Shown here one piece after another: positions 1 through 12,833 of a stretch of DNA of 64,000 nucleotides. This DNA is from Mobula hypostoma (taxonomy: Eukaryota), in contig NC_086097.1 of NCBI RefSeq assembly GCF_963921235.1, forward strand, positions 45,944,001 to 46,008,000. The letters are read 5' to 3'. How positions within the stretch are numbered: the first letter of the stretch is position 1; each line of letters opens with the position of its first letter. The notes under the pieces are model-generated. The model was not told the origin of the DNA. It did no database searches and worked only from the letters and a program-made list of their open reading frames with translations. The position numbers were made by a program, and so were the translations under genes.

Positions 1-860
1 ACTGTAGGAATCAGTGCTGGGTCTGTCTATGTTAACGATCTGGATGCAAGCATGGGTGATATGATTAGAAAATTTGTGGATGACACCAATATTGGTGATG
101 TAGTGGACAATGATGAAGTTTGTCAAAGATACAGCAAATTCTAGATCAACAATGGAAGTGGACAAAGGAATGGCAAGTTGTATTTAACATAGTCAAATAT
201 GAAACTGTGCATTTTGGGAAGGTAAACCAGTATAGGATATACAAATTGAATGGCAGGACCTAAGGGAATGTTGTAGAAGAGAGACCAAAGGATATAACTG
301 TGTGAAAGTAGTAATACAGACAGGGTGTTGAGGAAGGAATGTCACATGCTCTTAATTGGTTAGGGCATTGTCAACCCATTACAGCCATACAAGACCTTGG
401 TAGGACCATTCTTGGAGTATTATGTTCTGTTTTGGTTTCCCACCTATAGGAAGGATGTTACAGATGAAAAGGATACAGAAAAAAATCAAGAGGATGCCAC
501 CAGGACAGGAGAGCTAGAATTAAGGACAGGCTGAGATTGCTTTCCTTTGAGTGAAAGAAGCTGAAGGTCAACCTGTTAAAGATTTGTATATAAAATCATT
601 AGGGCAAAGTTGAAGTGGGTGGTCACATTTTTTCCAAAGGTAGGGGAGTTTAAAACTAGAGGGCACTGGTTTCAGATAAGAAGGGAAAGGTGGGAAGGGA
701 ACATACAAATGTGTAGATATATGGCTGCCAGAGTATACGTAGGGGTAAGACATTAGAAACTTGGATAGAAAAGGTTTAGAAGAATATTGGCCAAGTGCAA
801 GCAAATGGAATTAGGTTCGGGTAACAAAACAACTATTTCCATGCTTCATATCTCTATTCT
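1..860 (+). mobile_element. Old CR1-type LINE, 3' part of ORF2 and tail, degenerate
   Basis: KFVDDTNIGDVVD RT motif, then CR1-typical RPFLEYYVLFWFP and RKDV remnants with stops and frameshifts. Confidence 0.8.
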
Positions 861-1029
861 TCACTGAGGTAATGCATGTTCTTTTAAAGTTCCTAATTCC
901 CATTTGGAGATGGTATTTTTAAATCATCCTTGACTTGGATAGTTTGGCCATTCAAGTCAAACTGGAAAATTTGAAGTTCCTATCCCAATAGTCATCTCAT
1001 GGTTAAAATATGTCATTTGTCACATTTTA

Positions 1030-3450
1030 CAATAAGAGAATTGATCAATAGATACTTTATTGATCCCAAAGGAAATTACAGCATCACAGTAGCATTACAA
1101 GTACACAGATATACAAATATTAGAAGAGAAGTAAGAAAGAATAAAAGTTACCTTAAAAATAAGATGTACAAGATTTACAATTAAAAGATTACAAGATATA
1201 CAAGATTTATAGTTTCACACTGATAAGATGGTAGTGCAAGAATTATTGTAATATTATACAGTAATGAGTGCACATTCACACTGTCCAGATAAGAAGTGAT
1301 GATAGTATTGCACAGGGTGTCCACGATAGCAGGGTGTGGTAAACGGAGCTAAGGAGAGCTCTGGTAAACAGGTTAATGGCCTCACAGGAGGGGGGGTCGT
1401 TGCTTCCCCTGCTATAGGTTAACTCATTATAGAGCCTAACGGCCGAGGGTAAGAATGACTTCATGTAGCGCTGTTAGAGCAGCGCAGTTGTCTTAAGCTT
1501 TTACTGAAGGTGCTCCTCTGTTCAACCAAGGTGGCATGGAGAGGGTAAGAAACATTGTCTAGTGTTGCCAGGATTTTCCGGAGGGTTCTTTGTTCAATCA
1601 CAGCCTCCAGTGTGTCCAGTTTGACTCCTTTCTAATCAGTTTATTGAGCCTGTTGGCATCAGCAATGTTAATGCCATTGCCCTAGCACACCACCACATAG
1701 AAGATTGTACTGGCGACAACAGACTGGTAGAACACGTGAAAGAGACACCTGCACACTCCAAAGGACCTCAGTCTCCTCAGGAAATGGAAGCGACTCTGGC
1801 CCTTGTACACAGCATCTGTGTTGGTGCTCCACTCAAGTCTGACATCCGGGTGCATCCCCAGGTACTTGTAGGTCCTCACCACATCCTCACCATCAATAGC
1901 AACAGGGAGCAATGCAGGCTCAGTCTTCCTAAAGTCCATCACCATCTCCTTTGTCTTACTAATGTTGAGCTGCAGATGATTCAGCTTCATCATTTGACAA
2001 AGTCCTCCACCAGGGCCCTGTATTCATCCTCCCGTCCTCCAGGGAGGTCTGGAGGGGGATGAGGACCATCACTGAGTTCCGGCAAACTAGCAACAGAGGA
2101 GCTGAAGGCAGTGTGGACAGGACCAACGAACTTAACCTGTTCTTTAACAGATTTGACATTGTGGCCCCTGCCCATCCCCCACATGAGCCATCTGTTGTTG
2201 GCCCCCAACCAACACATATTCCACTCTCCCCTCCGACCCCTCCTCACAGCCCCCCACCCTGCTCTCATGACTATACCCCTTCCCCACACGAAACCACCAC
2301 GATGGGCTTCACAACTGAACAGGTGAGAAGACAGCTGAAACGTCTCAACCCAAGCAGGGCTGCAGGACCGGATGGTGTCAGTACCAGGGTGCTCAAAGCC
2401 TGTGCCCCTCAGCTATGTGGAGTACTTCACCATGTATTCAACCTGAGCCTGAGGCTCCGGAGGGTTCCTGTATTGTGGAAGACGTCCTGCCTCATCCCTG
2501 TGCCGAAGACGCCGTGCCCCTGCCATAGTTGGATGCATCAGCAAGGGAGATGAGGCTGAGTACAGGGCTACGGTAGGAAACTTTGTCACATGGTGTGAGC
2601 AGAATTATCTGCAGCTTAATGTGAAAAAGACTAAAGAGCCGGTGGTGGACCTGAGGAGGGCTAAGGCACCAGTGATCCCTGTTTCCATCCAGGGGGTCAG
2701 TGTGGACATGGTGGAGGATTACAAATACCTGGGGATACGAATTGACAATAAACTGGACTGGTCAAAGAACACTGAGGCTGTCTACAAGAAGGGTCAGAGC
2801 CGTCTCTATTTCCTGGGGAGACTGAGGTTCTTTAACATCTGCCGGACGATGCTGTGGATGTTCTACGAGTCTGTGGTGGCCAGTGCAATCATGTTTGCGG
2901 TTGTGTGCTGGGGCAGCAGGCTGAGGATAGCAGACACCAACAGAATCAACAAACTCATTCGTAAGGCCAGTGATGTTGTGGGGATGGAACTGGACTCTCT
3001 GACTGTGGTGTCTGAAAAGAGGATGCTGTCTAAGTTGCATGCCATCTTGGTCAATGTCTCCCATCCACTACATAATGTACTGGGTGGGCACAGGAGTACT
3101 TTCAGCCAGAGACTCATTCCTCCGAGATGCAACACAGAGTGTCATAGGAAGTCATTCCTGCCTGTGGCCATCAAACTTTACAACTCCTCCCTTGGAGGGT
3201 CAGACACCCTGAGCCAATAGGCTGGTCCTGGACTTATTTCATAATTTACTGGCATAATTTACATACTACTGTTCAACTATTTATGGTTCTATTACTATTT
3301 ATGGTGCAACTGTAACGAAAACCAATTTCCCCTGGGATCAATAAAGTATGACCTCTATGACTATTACTATTACTGAGTCATCAGAGAATTTCTGCAGATG
3401 ACATGACTGTGTTGTATCTAAAGTCTGAGGTATACAGGGTAAACAGCCCA
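1030..3450 (-). mobile_element. Rex1/Babar-like LINE fragment A, split by the insertion at 2041-3365
   Basis: Minus strand LFTLYTSDFRYNT..HLQKFSDDSVI (3366-3450) continues as GGREDEYRALVEDFVK..LNISKTKEMVMDFRK (below 2040); tail ttcctttgggatcaataaagtatc near 1050-1080. Confidence 0.8.
2041..3365 (+). mobile_element. Rex1/Babar-like LINE fragment B, 5'-truncated, with RT core deleted near 2520
   Basis: ORFs 2059-2553 (RAAGPDGVSTRVLKACAPQLCG..WKTSCLIPVPK) and 2621-3220 (KKTKE..YKYLGIRIDNKLDWS..RKSFLPVAIKLYN); tail cccctgggatcaataaagtatgac followed by short tandem repeats. Confidence 0.88.
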
Positions 3451-4390
3451 TATTCTTATTGTGCCTCTTTCCTAACTAATTTCTAAACGAAGACTATCCC
3501 TGATTCCTGTCCACTTTCATTTTGTTAATAATCTCATGTGGAATGTTTGAACATATTCCACAAATTCATACAAATAATGTCACAGGCACGGGTTTGGGTG
3601 TGTGGAGAGGTAACGTTGTGGCATTAGGTTTATTTGGCTTAGTTTTCCACCATTATATTTCAAATGATAAAAGTCCAAAAATGCAGGCGGGGAGAAGAAA
3701 AAACACTTGAGCAAACTTCATTGAATCTGTAATTTTTGGACCAAAGTACAGTTGCACATTCATTTTTGAAGTATTGCAGTACATAATCCATTTCCAAAGA
3801 GGTATGATTAATGAATAATAACAAAACTGCAAATGCTAGAAATGTGAAATGTAAGCAGAAAATGTGAGAAACACTGGGCAGTTCAGGCGGCATCTGTGGG
3901 AAAAGAACCAGTCCAAAACCAGTCATTATAACCTTGTATTATTGTGTGGATGTGAACTTGATAAAATCTTGTTTATAGCTTGGTTAACCCTGGTCAATTT
4001 GGAGGTTTAAAATGTACTGCTGTGTATCAGATGATTTCTCAACTGAACACATTGTACTCCACTTCAGCTCAAATGCAATACCATGTGAATGTGTTTAGCA
4101 TTTTCACATGAAATGTATTTTCAGATGAGATTTTAAAACAATGTCTTATCAGCCATCAACTTTATTTAAAGAAGCAAAAAAGGTCCCATTGCCATATTCC
4201 TGCAGTTTGATCTAACTTTCATACCTTCTCTATCACAGTTGAATTATATTAATTGGACACCAATTAATTTTTCTGATGGTAGGATCTTGCTCTGCAAAGT
4301 TTCCTAGCAAAGCAACAGGAAGGGACACATTAGAAGTAATTATTTATTTGTGAAGCAATTTGGAGTATTAATTGCAAGTTTGTTCTTTAG

Positions 4391-4448
4391 ACAAATCAGA
4401 AAGTTAATGCTCGTTGGACAACTGAAGAGCAACTGCTCGCTGTGCAGG
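4391..4448 (+). CDS. RCOR1: RCOR1 (CoREST) internal coding exon, start of SANT2 domain (TNQKVNARWTTEEQLLAVQ)
   Basis: Acceptor ttctttag|ACA and donor CAGG|gtaagc; translation matches the CoREST-family motif NARWTTEEQLLAVQ; phase 1 end joins the next exon to give GCA (Ala). Confidence 0.93.
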
Positions 4449-4552
4449 GTAAGCAAATGTCCCAATATTTATTTTGGTTTGTGATGTAACTGCAGGAATG
4501 TCGATTGAAATGTAACTTTCATGTTGAGTAATAGATTTTTCCTCTCCCCCAG

Positions 4553-4782
4553 CAATAAGAAAATATGGCCGAGATTTTCAAGCTATTTCAGATGTAATCG
4601 GCAATAAGACAGTTGTACAAGTGAAAAACTTCTTTGTGAATTACCGTCGTCGTTTCAACCTTGAAGAAGTTCTTCAGGAATGGGAAGCAGAACATGGTAG
4701 TGGAGAAGCAAATGGAAACATTGGTGACAAATCCCAAAATTCTCCGGATGTTGCTACTAAACTTTCTGAGGAGGAAGAGGAG
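4553..4782 (+). CDS. RCOR1: RCOR1 coding exon, SANT2 domain and acidic linker
   Basis: Polypyrimidine acceptor ctctcccccag| and donor GAG|gtaaat; translates [49 protein letters not shown]...[19 protein letters not shown] and EAEHG are RCOR1-type rather than RCOR3-type. Upstream intron is 104 bp. Confidence 0.95.
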
Positions 4783-5617
4783 GTAAATCCCCATCCTTTG
4801 CCTTAGTACATTTTACACTTGCTTGTCAAAATCTAATTCTATTATATTCCGAGATCCTGGAAAATGTGTTTGACAAGGATGTGTAGCTTCCAATGTGCAA
4901 GTATGTGGCAGTTGGCTTGTAGATGTTATGCAAAAAATACTAATTCATTACTCCCTTAAGTGTAAGCCGGAATGCAAATATCATTTGTATATGAAGCTAA
5001 ATTATTTACTATATTTAGTGGAGCTATTCATTTAGCTTGTACCTTTTCTAACTTAAGGTAAACTTACGATATGAAAAATTTGGCTAGATGTGACCTGAAT
5101 TTTCCAGATTTTTTTTTTAAACACGTATGTGGCTTGTCAGGGTGTATGTGGGGAAGGTATTTTGTTCAGTTGAGCCCAGAACCAGAGGTCACACTCTCAA
5201 AATACCTATTAGGGCATTTGGAATGAGATGAGACTTATCCTTTACTCAGGGTTGTGAATCTTTGGAAATTGCTATCCTTGAAGGTTGTGGAGGCTTTTGT
5301 TATCAAAAGTTTTCTAAGTAGAGATAGATTTATGGATGTTGGAAGAATGAAGGGATCTGAAAAAGTGGGATAGAAGTAGAATAATCGACCTTGATAAGTA
5401 GTGGAGCAGGCTCCAAGTTGGATGCTTATTGGCCATTATGCCTTTAAACATTCTTGCAGTGAAAAATAGTTATTCTATTTTAATCTTATTGTGCTTTATT
5501 GAGCATGGAGTTTGAAGAGACAGAAATTGACAATAATTTTGTGAACCTGTCAGATTGCACTGAATAAACATTTTTTTTAAAAAACTTCTAATCAACAAAG
5601 GCAGTGAAACGAATAGT

Positions 5618-5819
5618 GACACACATCAAAGTTGCTGGTGAACGCAGCAGGCCAGGCAGCATCTCTAGGAAGAGGTGCAGTCGACGTTTCGGGCCGAGAC
5701 CCTTCATCAGGATTAACTGAAAGAAGAGCTAGTAAGAGATTTGAGAGGGGGAGGGGGAGATCTGAAATGATAGGGGAAGACAGGAGAGGGAGGGTTGGAG
5801 CCAAGAGCTGGACAGTGGA
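5618..5819 (-). mobile_element. Penelope-like element (PLE) 3' terminus fragment
   Basis: Near-identical to 37441-37645, where the same terminus is attached to a PLE ORF end. Confidence 0.8.
5678..5715 (-). ncRNA. Minimal type I hammerhead ribozyme motif; best-preserved core in the window
   Basis: Minus strand UAAUC-CUGAUGA-A-GGGU-CUCG-GCCC-GAAAC-GUC-GACUG: both conserved boxes, 4-bp helix II, loopless palindromic helix III (ACGU), GUC cleavage triplet; one mismatch in helix I. Confidence 0.75.
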
Positions 5820-7676
5820 ATAGTGGATAGGTCTCTTTGCAGGTTTAATCATGGGAAAGCCGATATTGTCGGCTGTTTAAACATTATAATTCATTAATGA
5901 GTGCATATTCATCACTTTAGTAAATATTTTGAACTCCCAATTTGGCCTTATCAGATAATTTAAATTTGAGAGAGTGCTGTAAGAACTTAGCCAGTCAGGC
6001 AGCATCTGTGGAGAGAAACAGTTAACATTTCAGACTAATTTTCATAATCACAGGTACTATGTCATTGTCAAACAGTACAGAAGCAAGCCCACACCATATT
6101 CATGCTGATCATTTGACACCCATCAACACCAATATTATATATTTTTCCCCCCATTTGTATCAACCATACATACCTCCAATTCTACCATTCACCTGGACAT
6201 TGGCAGCCAATTATCCCGTCAGCCAACATATCTTTAGCATGATACTGCAGCACCCAGAGAAGGTCCATGCAGTTATAGAAAGAGCTGTCAACCTCCACAG
6301 AACCAAGGTCTCTGGAACCATGAGGCAGCAGTTTTACTAGCAGTTCCCATTGCTGCCTTTGTTTCTCAGATCTGAAAGCTTAGAGGCAACTAATATTTAG
6401 AACAACTATTGAGATGGAAAATGGAGAAGTGGGGAAAAAAACAAAGGTGGGTGACAAGGTCCATAATAAGCTGGAAGGTAAACTGTTTAATGAATGAGGC
6501 AAGATGTGAGTGCAAAGGACCTGCAAGTGGCAATTAGAGAGCAAAATAGAACATTTTTTCAAATGGAATTGTAATCTACTTGTACTTCCTATTTCAGTTC
6601 ACGGTCTTTGCTCTCATAGTGCTGGGTTTGAAGGTGTGGGGCAGGGGGATCAAAATTCAGGTTGATAATGTTTTGCTGACCTCCATAGTTCCAGTCGGGC
6701 ACTGAGGTAATTACTTGCTATTGCTACCAAGAAAGAACATTGACTTCAGGCTAGATCTTGGCTTAGCAACAAACCACTGACTATGGTTTTTCTTTGAGGA
6801 GCAGATTCTCGTAATAATTCTGTTGTTAAGATGTAAACTTGTCTTAACTCATATTGCCATCTCTGCTATCATTAAATTATACCTGCCCTTCTACACAGTC
6901 AAGAGTTTGTTCTGTTCCTCTTGTTGTTTATCTGTTTTGTACTTTATTTTGAAAAGTGGTACACTAATTTATCAAAGCTGAAGTTACTAACCTGATGATG
7001 CCTGACTGCTGTGCTCCGGCACCTGCACTATTTTATTTTCATCCATTGTAATTACATCATGAAGTGAGTATCTGCAGAAGGAAAGATGAGGTTAATTAAA
7101 TATGATCGTGATGTTCTTGACAAATGATCAAAAAGTTTTATTGCATTCATTCAGGTTAACAAATGAATAATGTTCATATGAATAAAATGCGCCACAACAA
7201 GAAATCAGCACTTTCAATCTTTTCTTTGCTCCCACTCCCCACTATCCTTCCCTGCACTATATTTAAGAATGCTTTGCACTGAATTAGTGGGTTCTTGTTA
7301 CAGATCTCAGGGTAGCTTTGATATCTTTAGGGGGTTTAAAAAAATCTGGTTCTCAAGGACAGGTAACATTAACATTAAAAGGTGCACAATAAAAGGGAAG
7401 TTTTTCTTTGTGTGGGGCTGTATTCTGGTGACCACGTCAAAGCAGAATCATTGAAATAGTCACCAATTCCTTTCTGCATGATGTACTAATAAACATATAC
7501 CCAGTGTATAATGTTCATATGAATAGTATAAGTTACTTCTGCTTTGACTTGGATCCTCTCAAATATTGTAAATAGATATGTATGCAGAAATCTCAATACT
7601 TGTTAGGCAAAGACAAATTTGACAAAAGTAATTTTGAAATTCTGTGCTGATAATATCTTTAAACAATATTTTACAG

Positions 7677-7718
7677 GTTCCTTCTGTGCTTGATGTAAGA
7701 TACCATTCTGCATCATGA
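7677..7718 (+). CDS. RCOR1: RCOR1 terminal coding exon (VPSVLDVRYHSAS*)
   Basis: Acceptor ttttacag|GTT in phase 0, consistent with the previous donor; peptide matches the recalled mammalian RCOR1 C-terminus (..VLDVRYASAS*); TGA at 7716-7718. Confidence 0.9.
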   Translation, partial: VPSVLDVRYHSAS

Positions 7719-10700
7719 GAATGACATTCAGTAGATGACTTGAACATGCTCTCTTGACTGCTGTTTTGTCCAGGTCATCCAACAATGCCAAACTTCAACC
7801 AACCACCTCCACAAACTCACCAGGACCAGCTTCCAGCTTAACACCAAAAAGCTGCAATATTCACAATTGGACCCTTCTGCCTTACCCTGCCTGCCACCGG
7901 GATAATTTCTACTTTTCATCAGAATCATGAAAAAAAAAACTTTGCTTCAACGTGCTTCTAAACAACATATGGAGTTCACAAAAACGTTTGTGAATGTATT
8001 GTTTTACACTTAACCAGTTCATGATTTAATGTCCACAGGGCATTAATAATTTGTATATTTTTGGAATGGTGATTGCCATTAGACACATCTTTGATACTTC
8101 CCTCACAAATATTTTATGATTTAATGTGAATGCCATGATTGTATATTGTATTAACTGGCGTACAGAAAATGGATGTTGGAACTGTCTCTAAATTATTGGG
8201 TACTTTAACTGTAGTTTGGACTGTCTCATAGACTTTAAACATACCTCCCATGTCTGAGGAAACTTGAAAGGCCTTTAACTAGCATTTTCACAAAAAGAAA
8301 AAAATGATCTGTTTTTATTTAAGTTTCATCTAGTTTGCTGTACAGTTTTTTTAGAGTAGTTCTTCCACATCAAGTATGGAGAGAACTTTAACTTGAATAT
8401 TGCAGTTACTATACTGAAACTGATCATATTCAGGTATAAAATATTAGCACAGCTAAGCTGTATGGAGTTTATTGCAGAATTCGGTGTGCTAACCGTATGG
8501 AGTTCCTGCTTATTCAGTATGATAAGGGTTAAGCACAATGCGCTACAGATCCATTGGGTTCATCAAAGTCATTTGAGTCTATGCATGTTTCTGTGTAAGA
8601 ATGGGTGTTTACAATTTCTACTTTAATATTTGCCTGAAATGCAAACCATTATTAGTCCTTTCTGGGAGTAATATTCCAGCATTTAGAATTTTCTAAATTA
8701 AGTTTGTTAAAATTGCTTATGGGTTGCTGCTGATATGTAGTGATGTTTGCCAGAATTTCAAAAAAAAAGGATTTAGTTTGCAATAAATTGAGCATGTTTT
8801 TATATAGCCTCTTGATGTGCTCAATAGGATGTTCTTTTTTAAAAGAAAAGTCGATGTGTTTATATTGCAGATTTATATTTTATTGCCTGTTACTGCTAAT
8901 TTTAACTGAGAAATAATTGTTAGTGAGAAATAATTCTAATTATTTCCAAGGTTTTAAGCATTATGTATCATAGTTCCACATTGAGAAATGGTTATATTAC
9001 AGTACTGCTTTGAATATTGGGCAGGGCTCTTGCTAACTGTATATTTTTAAGAAAATATAATTGTTATTGTGTTCAGTAAAAGTGGGAGGGATAAACAATC
9101 ATCGATCAAAGAAAGAACAAATTGAAAATTTCTAAATGCCACTTGTATAAAATTGTACTTCTAACTTCTCAATATGCACACAAGAGTTTTGATATAGCAA
9201 AATAGCTTTTGAAGGCCATTTTCAAAAAGAAGTAACTTAAATCATTTCTATTTTTCTATGGTTTAACCTTCCAGAATCTTGTATTTTTAATGAGTTTTTG
9301 TGCTTGTGATTGTTGGAACAGTCATGGAAATGTCATACAAATATGCTGTGTCATAAACATTTATAGCTTGAAAGAGGGGAAAAAAGAAAGTATTTGGTTT
9401 CAAGTAGCAAACAGCTAAAATACACTATGTTTGAAATGCCACCTTGAAAATTTAAAAAAAAATCCTTGCATAAAATACTTGGATACTAAGACAGTTAATT
9501 ATTTGCAAACCACACTATGCAAAACAAAATTATTCATTGTATTCCATTAAAGTGAATAAACTTTAAAGAATTTAACCAACTTGTACATTAAGCAATGATT
9601 CAAGTATTTTGAGAAAAATGTCATTATGGGCAGACTGTATGAATAGGATACCTTGTGTGCTTTGCGAAGTTTGAGGAACAAATGGTCACCTTACAAGTTA
9701 CAACATTTTGTTTTTAGATGTGCTGTCATTTGTTTCCTCTAAATTTAAAACTCAAGTGGCTATTTAAACAAATTTCTAAGTTTTTATTTTTAGATTATCT
9801 TTCTGAGTTGACAGCCAACTAAAGTAACTCAAAGTGTGATTACAGTTAAATAAACCACTATCTGAAAGTTTCTCAACATGACCAGATTTATTATACATTC
9901 AAGTATATGCAGAATGATTATTTGTAAAATTATCTAAAAACTGATTTAATCTGATTATGCAAACAAATTTGAAATGGGGATGAAGTCAAGCTGTTCAAAT
10001 GGAAAACTGTTGAATTTCAATAATTTTAAGATAACTTGGCAGTTAGTAACTGGAAAGAAACATCGCAGTAACTCTAATGCCATCAATGCATTTCAGACGT
10101 GTATTAGCAAATAATTATCAACAAGTTGTGTTTATGTTGTACCATAAACATAGCATAACAAAATTATCTGCGAGCACTTAAAGGCCGTAAAAAGGAAGTT
10201 GTTTTTTGTTTAGGGGATTCGAGAGCTTTGGGGTTTAGCAGGAGAAAAGATGCTCCTTCAAATACAATAGGGGCATTCAAGGGGCCTCTGATAGGCAGGT
10301 TTTGGAAGGATATGGCAGAAAGGATTAGTTTGATTGCAAAGTAATTAGTTTGGCACAACATCGTGAAACAAAGGGCTTGTATGTGATGTACTGTTCTACG
10401 TTCTAAGAATAAAGGAGTTGTTAAGTTGGAGAATGAACAAGCAACCATAACTGAGAGACACAAGAGACTGCAAACATTGGAGTCTATAATTAAAAGATGG
10501 AGGAATTCAGCAGGCCAGGTAGCATCTGCGGAGGGAAATGTTTTTGATTGGAACTCTGTCTGACGTTGGTACATTTAAGGCTGGAGGGAGGGAGGGTTTT
10601 GAGAACAAGGATTTGAGTTGTTTGGGGTAGTAAGCATGAGCTGAAATTTATTGTGTTAGGCCATAGTCAGCAGGACTTTAGATGACCAGATGTTAGAATT

Positions 10701-12715
10701 AAGGGGCGATAATCAGGAATTTGTTAGAATAGCAAATCCTGGGGAGAGCAGAAACATGGTTGATGGTTTCACCACTCGTCAAACTGGGATGGAGATGAGG
10801 ATAGTTGCATTTACATCGGTGGAAATAGGAGGAGCAAGTGATGGTATAGGTAAGATATTCAAAGTTTTGAATCAAAAATTAAATGTATTGTAAATGGATG
10901 CCAAAAAGATGGCAGAATCTGCCAAGCAATGAAGTCTGCATTGGAAATCAAAACATAGCTTTTTATCTACTTGTACTTGGAGGAAATTCCTGCTGATGCA
11001 TTATCAAGTGTTAGGCAACCAGTCTGGTTCAGTGAGGATAAAAAAAGTGTTGAAAGAGCCGGTAATGATTTTGGATTTAGGAGTTGCTAGCTTGCACATA
11101 AGGACTTTGCTTTTGAATTGTTGTTTTTGGAAACCTTTTGTGTAGAAATAAGTGGGTCAAGGATGTATGCTTAGGGAAAATCAGAAATAACAGTCAAACC
11201 TGAAGAGGAGAGGCAAGTGTGGGTGATTCTCTGGCAACAACCAGGGGTATGTATATATTTTTTAAAAATAAAGGATCAGGCAAGTGCAATTCACCAACAT
11301 TGTTAGATGTTAAGGAGGACAGCAGAGTCAAATATTTTGACAATTCAAGTGAAATATAGCAAGATTGATAAATCTATATCACAAAGTTTTTTTCTGGAGA
11401 CAGCCTGATGAAGGGACAAGTATCAGCTGAGTTGGTGGGAATTTTTGACAGATAGTTATGCCCAAGTATTTGAATTCGTTTTTGTTTTTGAAGAAATCAT
11501 ATGATTAGGAATTCATAAAATATTATCAATTTGGATTTTCAACATGCATGTGATAAAGATGTACGCAAGATTTATAGAATTGGAGTTAATCATGTTAAAT
11601 AACTTGGTAGTTGGCTTGGAAGTGGAAATTGTGAGCAGGGCTAATCAAAATGGTGTAATTACTAAGAAGTATTAAATGGTGTTTCCCAGGCACCTCTATC
11701 AGGCCTCAACATATGAAGGAACGAAGATTTGCAATTCTAAGTTTACTGTGGAGATGTATTTTGTCACATAAAGGAGAATAGAAATGTGGAACTTGCACTC
11801 TGCCCACGTCCCTCTGCCAGCAGTCATGGAGTTCTCAAGGCCAAGGCTGAATTTATTGGGTCAGGTATACACTTCTGGAGCTAGGTGGCGTTTCAATTAG
11901 TTAAGTACTGGAATATGTTTAAGGTGCTGAATGGAAAATGGAGAAAGCAGGCATATTCAAAATGGTGAAAAACATAACTAATATGTTACAGCCTTTGCTC
12001 CAGATGTAAATGAAACTAGCATCTTAATGGTATAATTATCAGTTCCTCTGCATAGTGTAAAATTTCTCATCTAATGTTTTCATTTGACAATTATACATGA
12101 TTCTTAGGACTGGGTAAAAAAAATCATAATATTTACAGTGCAGTTAAATGCAGCCTGCTTTGGAGTAGATAAACATTACAATATGGCATCATGCCCCTTC
12201 TGTTCATGCTTCCTCAATCCATCCATCTGCTGATGAAAATCATGCAGTACTAACATGCTGGAGAAAGGTGAGCAAAATGTATTATTCAGGTAGATTATAT
12301 ATGTGTGACTTGAATTCAATAACACTAAATGAAAACTGAATTCTGATTATTTAATAATCTTTTGCTTCAATCCAGAGTCATAGAGTGCCTTAAGACAGGC
12401 ATTAAAAAAGAAAAATGTATTTGCATGGGCCTCCCAGGCTTTTTTGAAATAATACTGCAACAGCCATGTAACTTCACATTGTCTTTCATTTGCAACAAGG
12501 AGTCATTTGACTCCCAGCAGATGAGAGCTTTAAAATGGGATGGCTAATTGTGGACTGAAGATGTTGTACTCAGAGCAGAATTGTTTTTTAAAAACAATGC
12601 TTAAGGATACAATATTTCTTTTGCAGAAAATTTGTTTAGTTAAATCAAGGGATTATTAGTATATAGTACATTTGGATTTATTGCATTAATAAACCATGTA
12701 TTTCTAATGGTATTG
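7719..12715 (+). other. RCOR1: Probable RCOR1 3'UTR; end uncertain (AATAAA at 8782, 9555, 9849 and 12688)
   Basis: AT-rich, repeat-poor sequence for ~2.3 kb after the stop, and a second UTR-like block at ~12.0-12.7 kb ending in AATAAA followed by a T/GT-rich tract. Confidence 0.5.
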
Positions 12716-12833
12716 TTCTTTTTATATACTTCAGCCTATTTAAACAAGGAGGCACATAATCATGTTGAGACAAATTAGTATTTTATTATTAAACAGTTTA
12801 GTTCAAGCCCACAGAAACTGCCATACTGAACAG

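Noticed and set aside
4391..4782. Assignment to RCOR3 or RCOR2
   Set aside because: A few residues are RCOR3-like (NKT, NLEE), but [19 protein letters not shown] and the VLDVRY.SAS* terminal exon indicate RCOR1.
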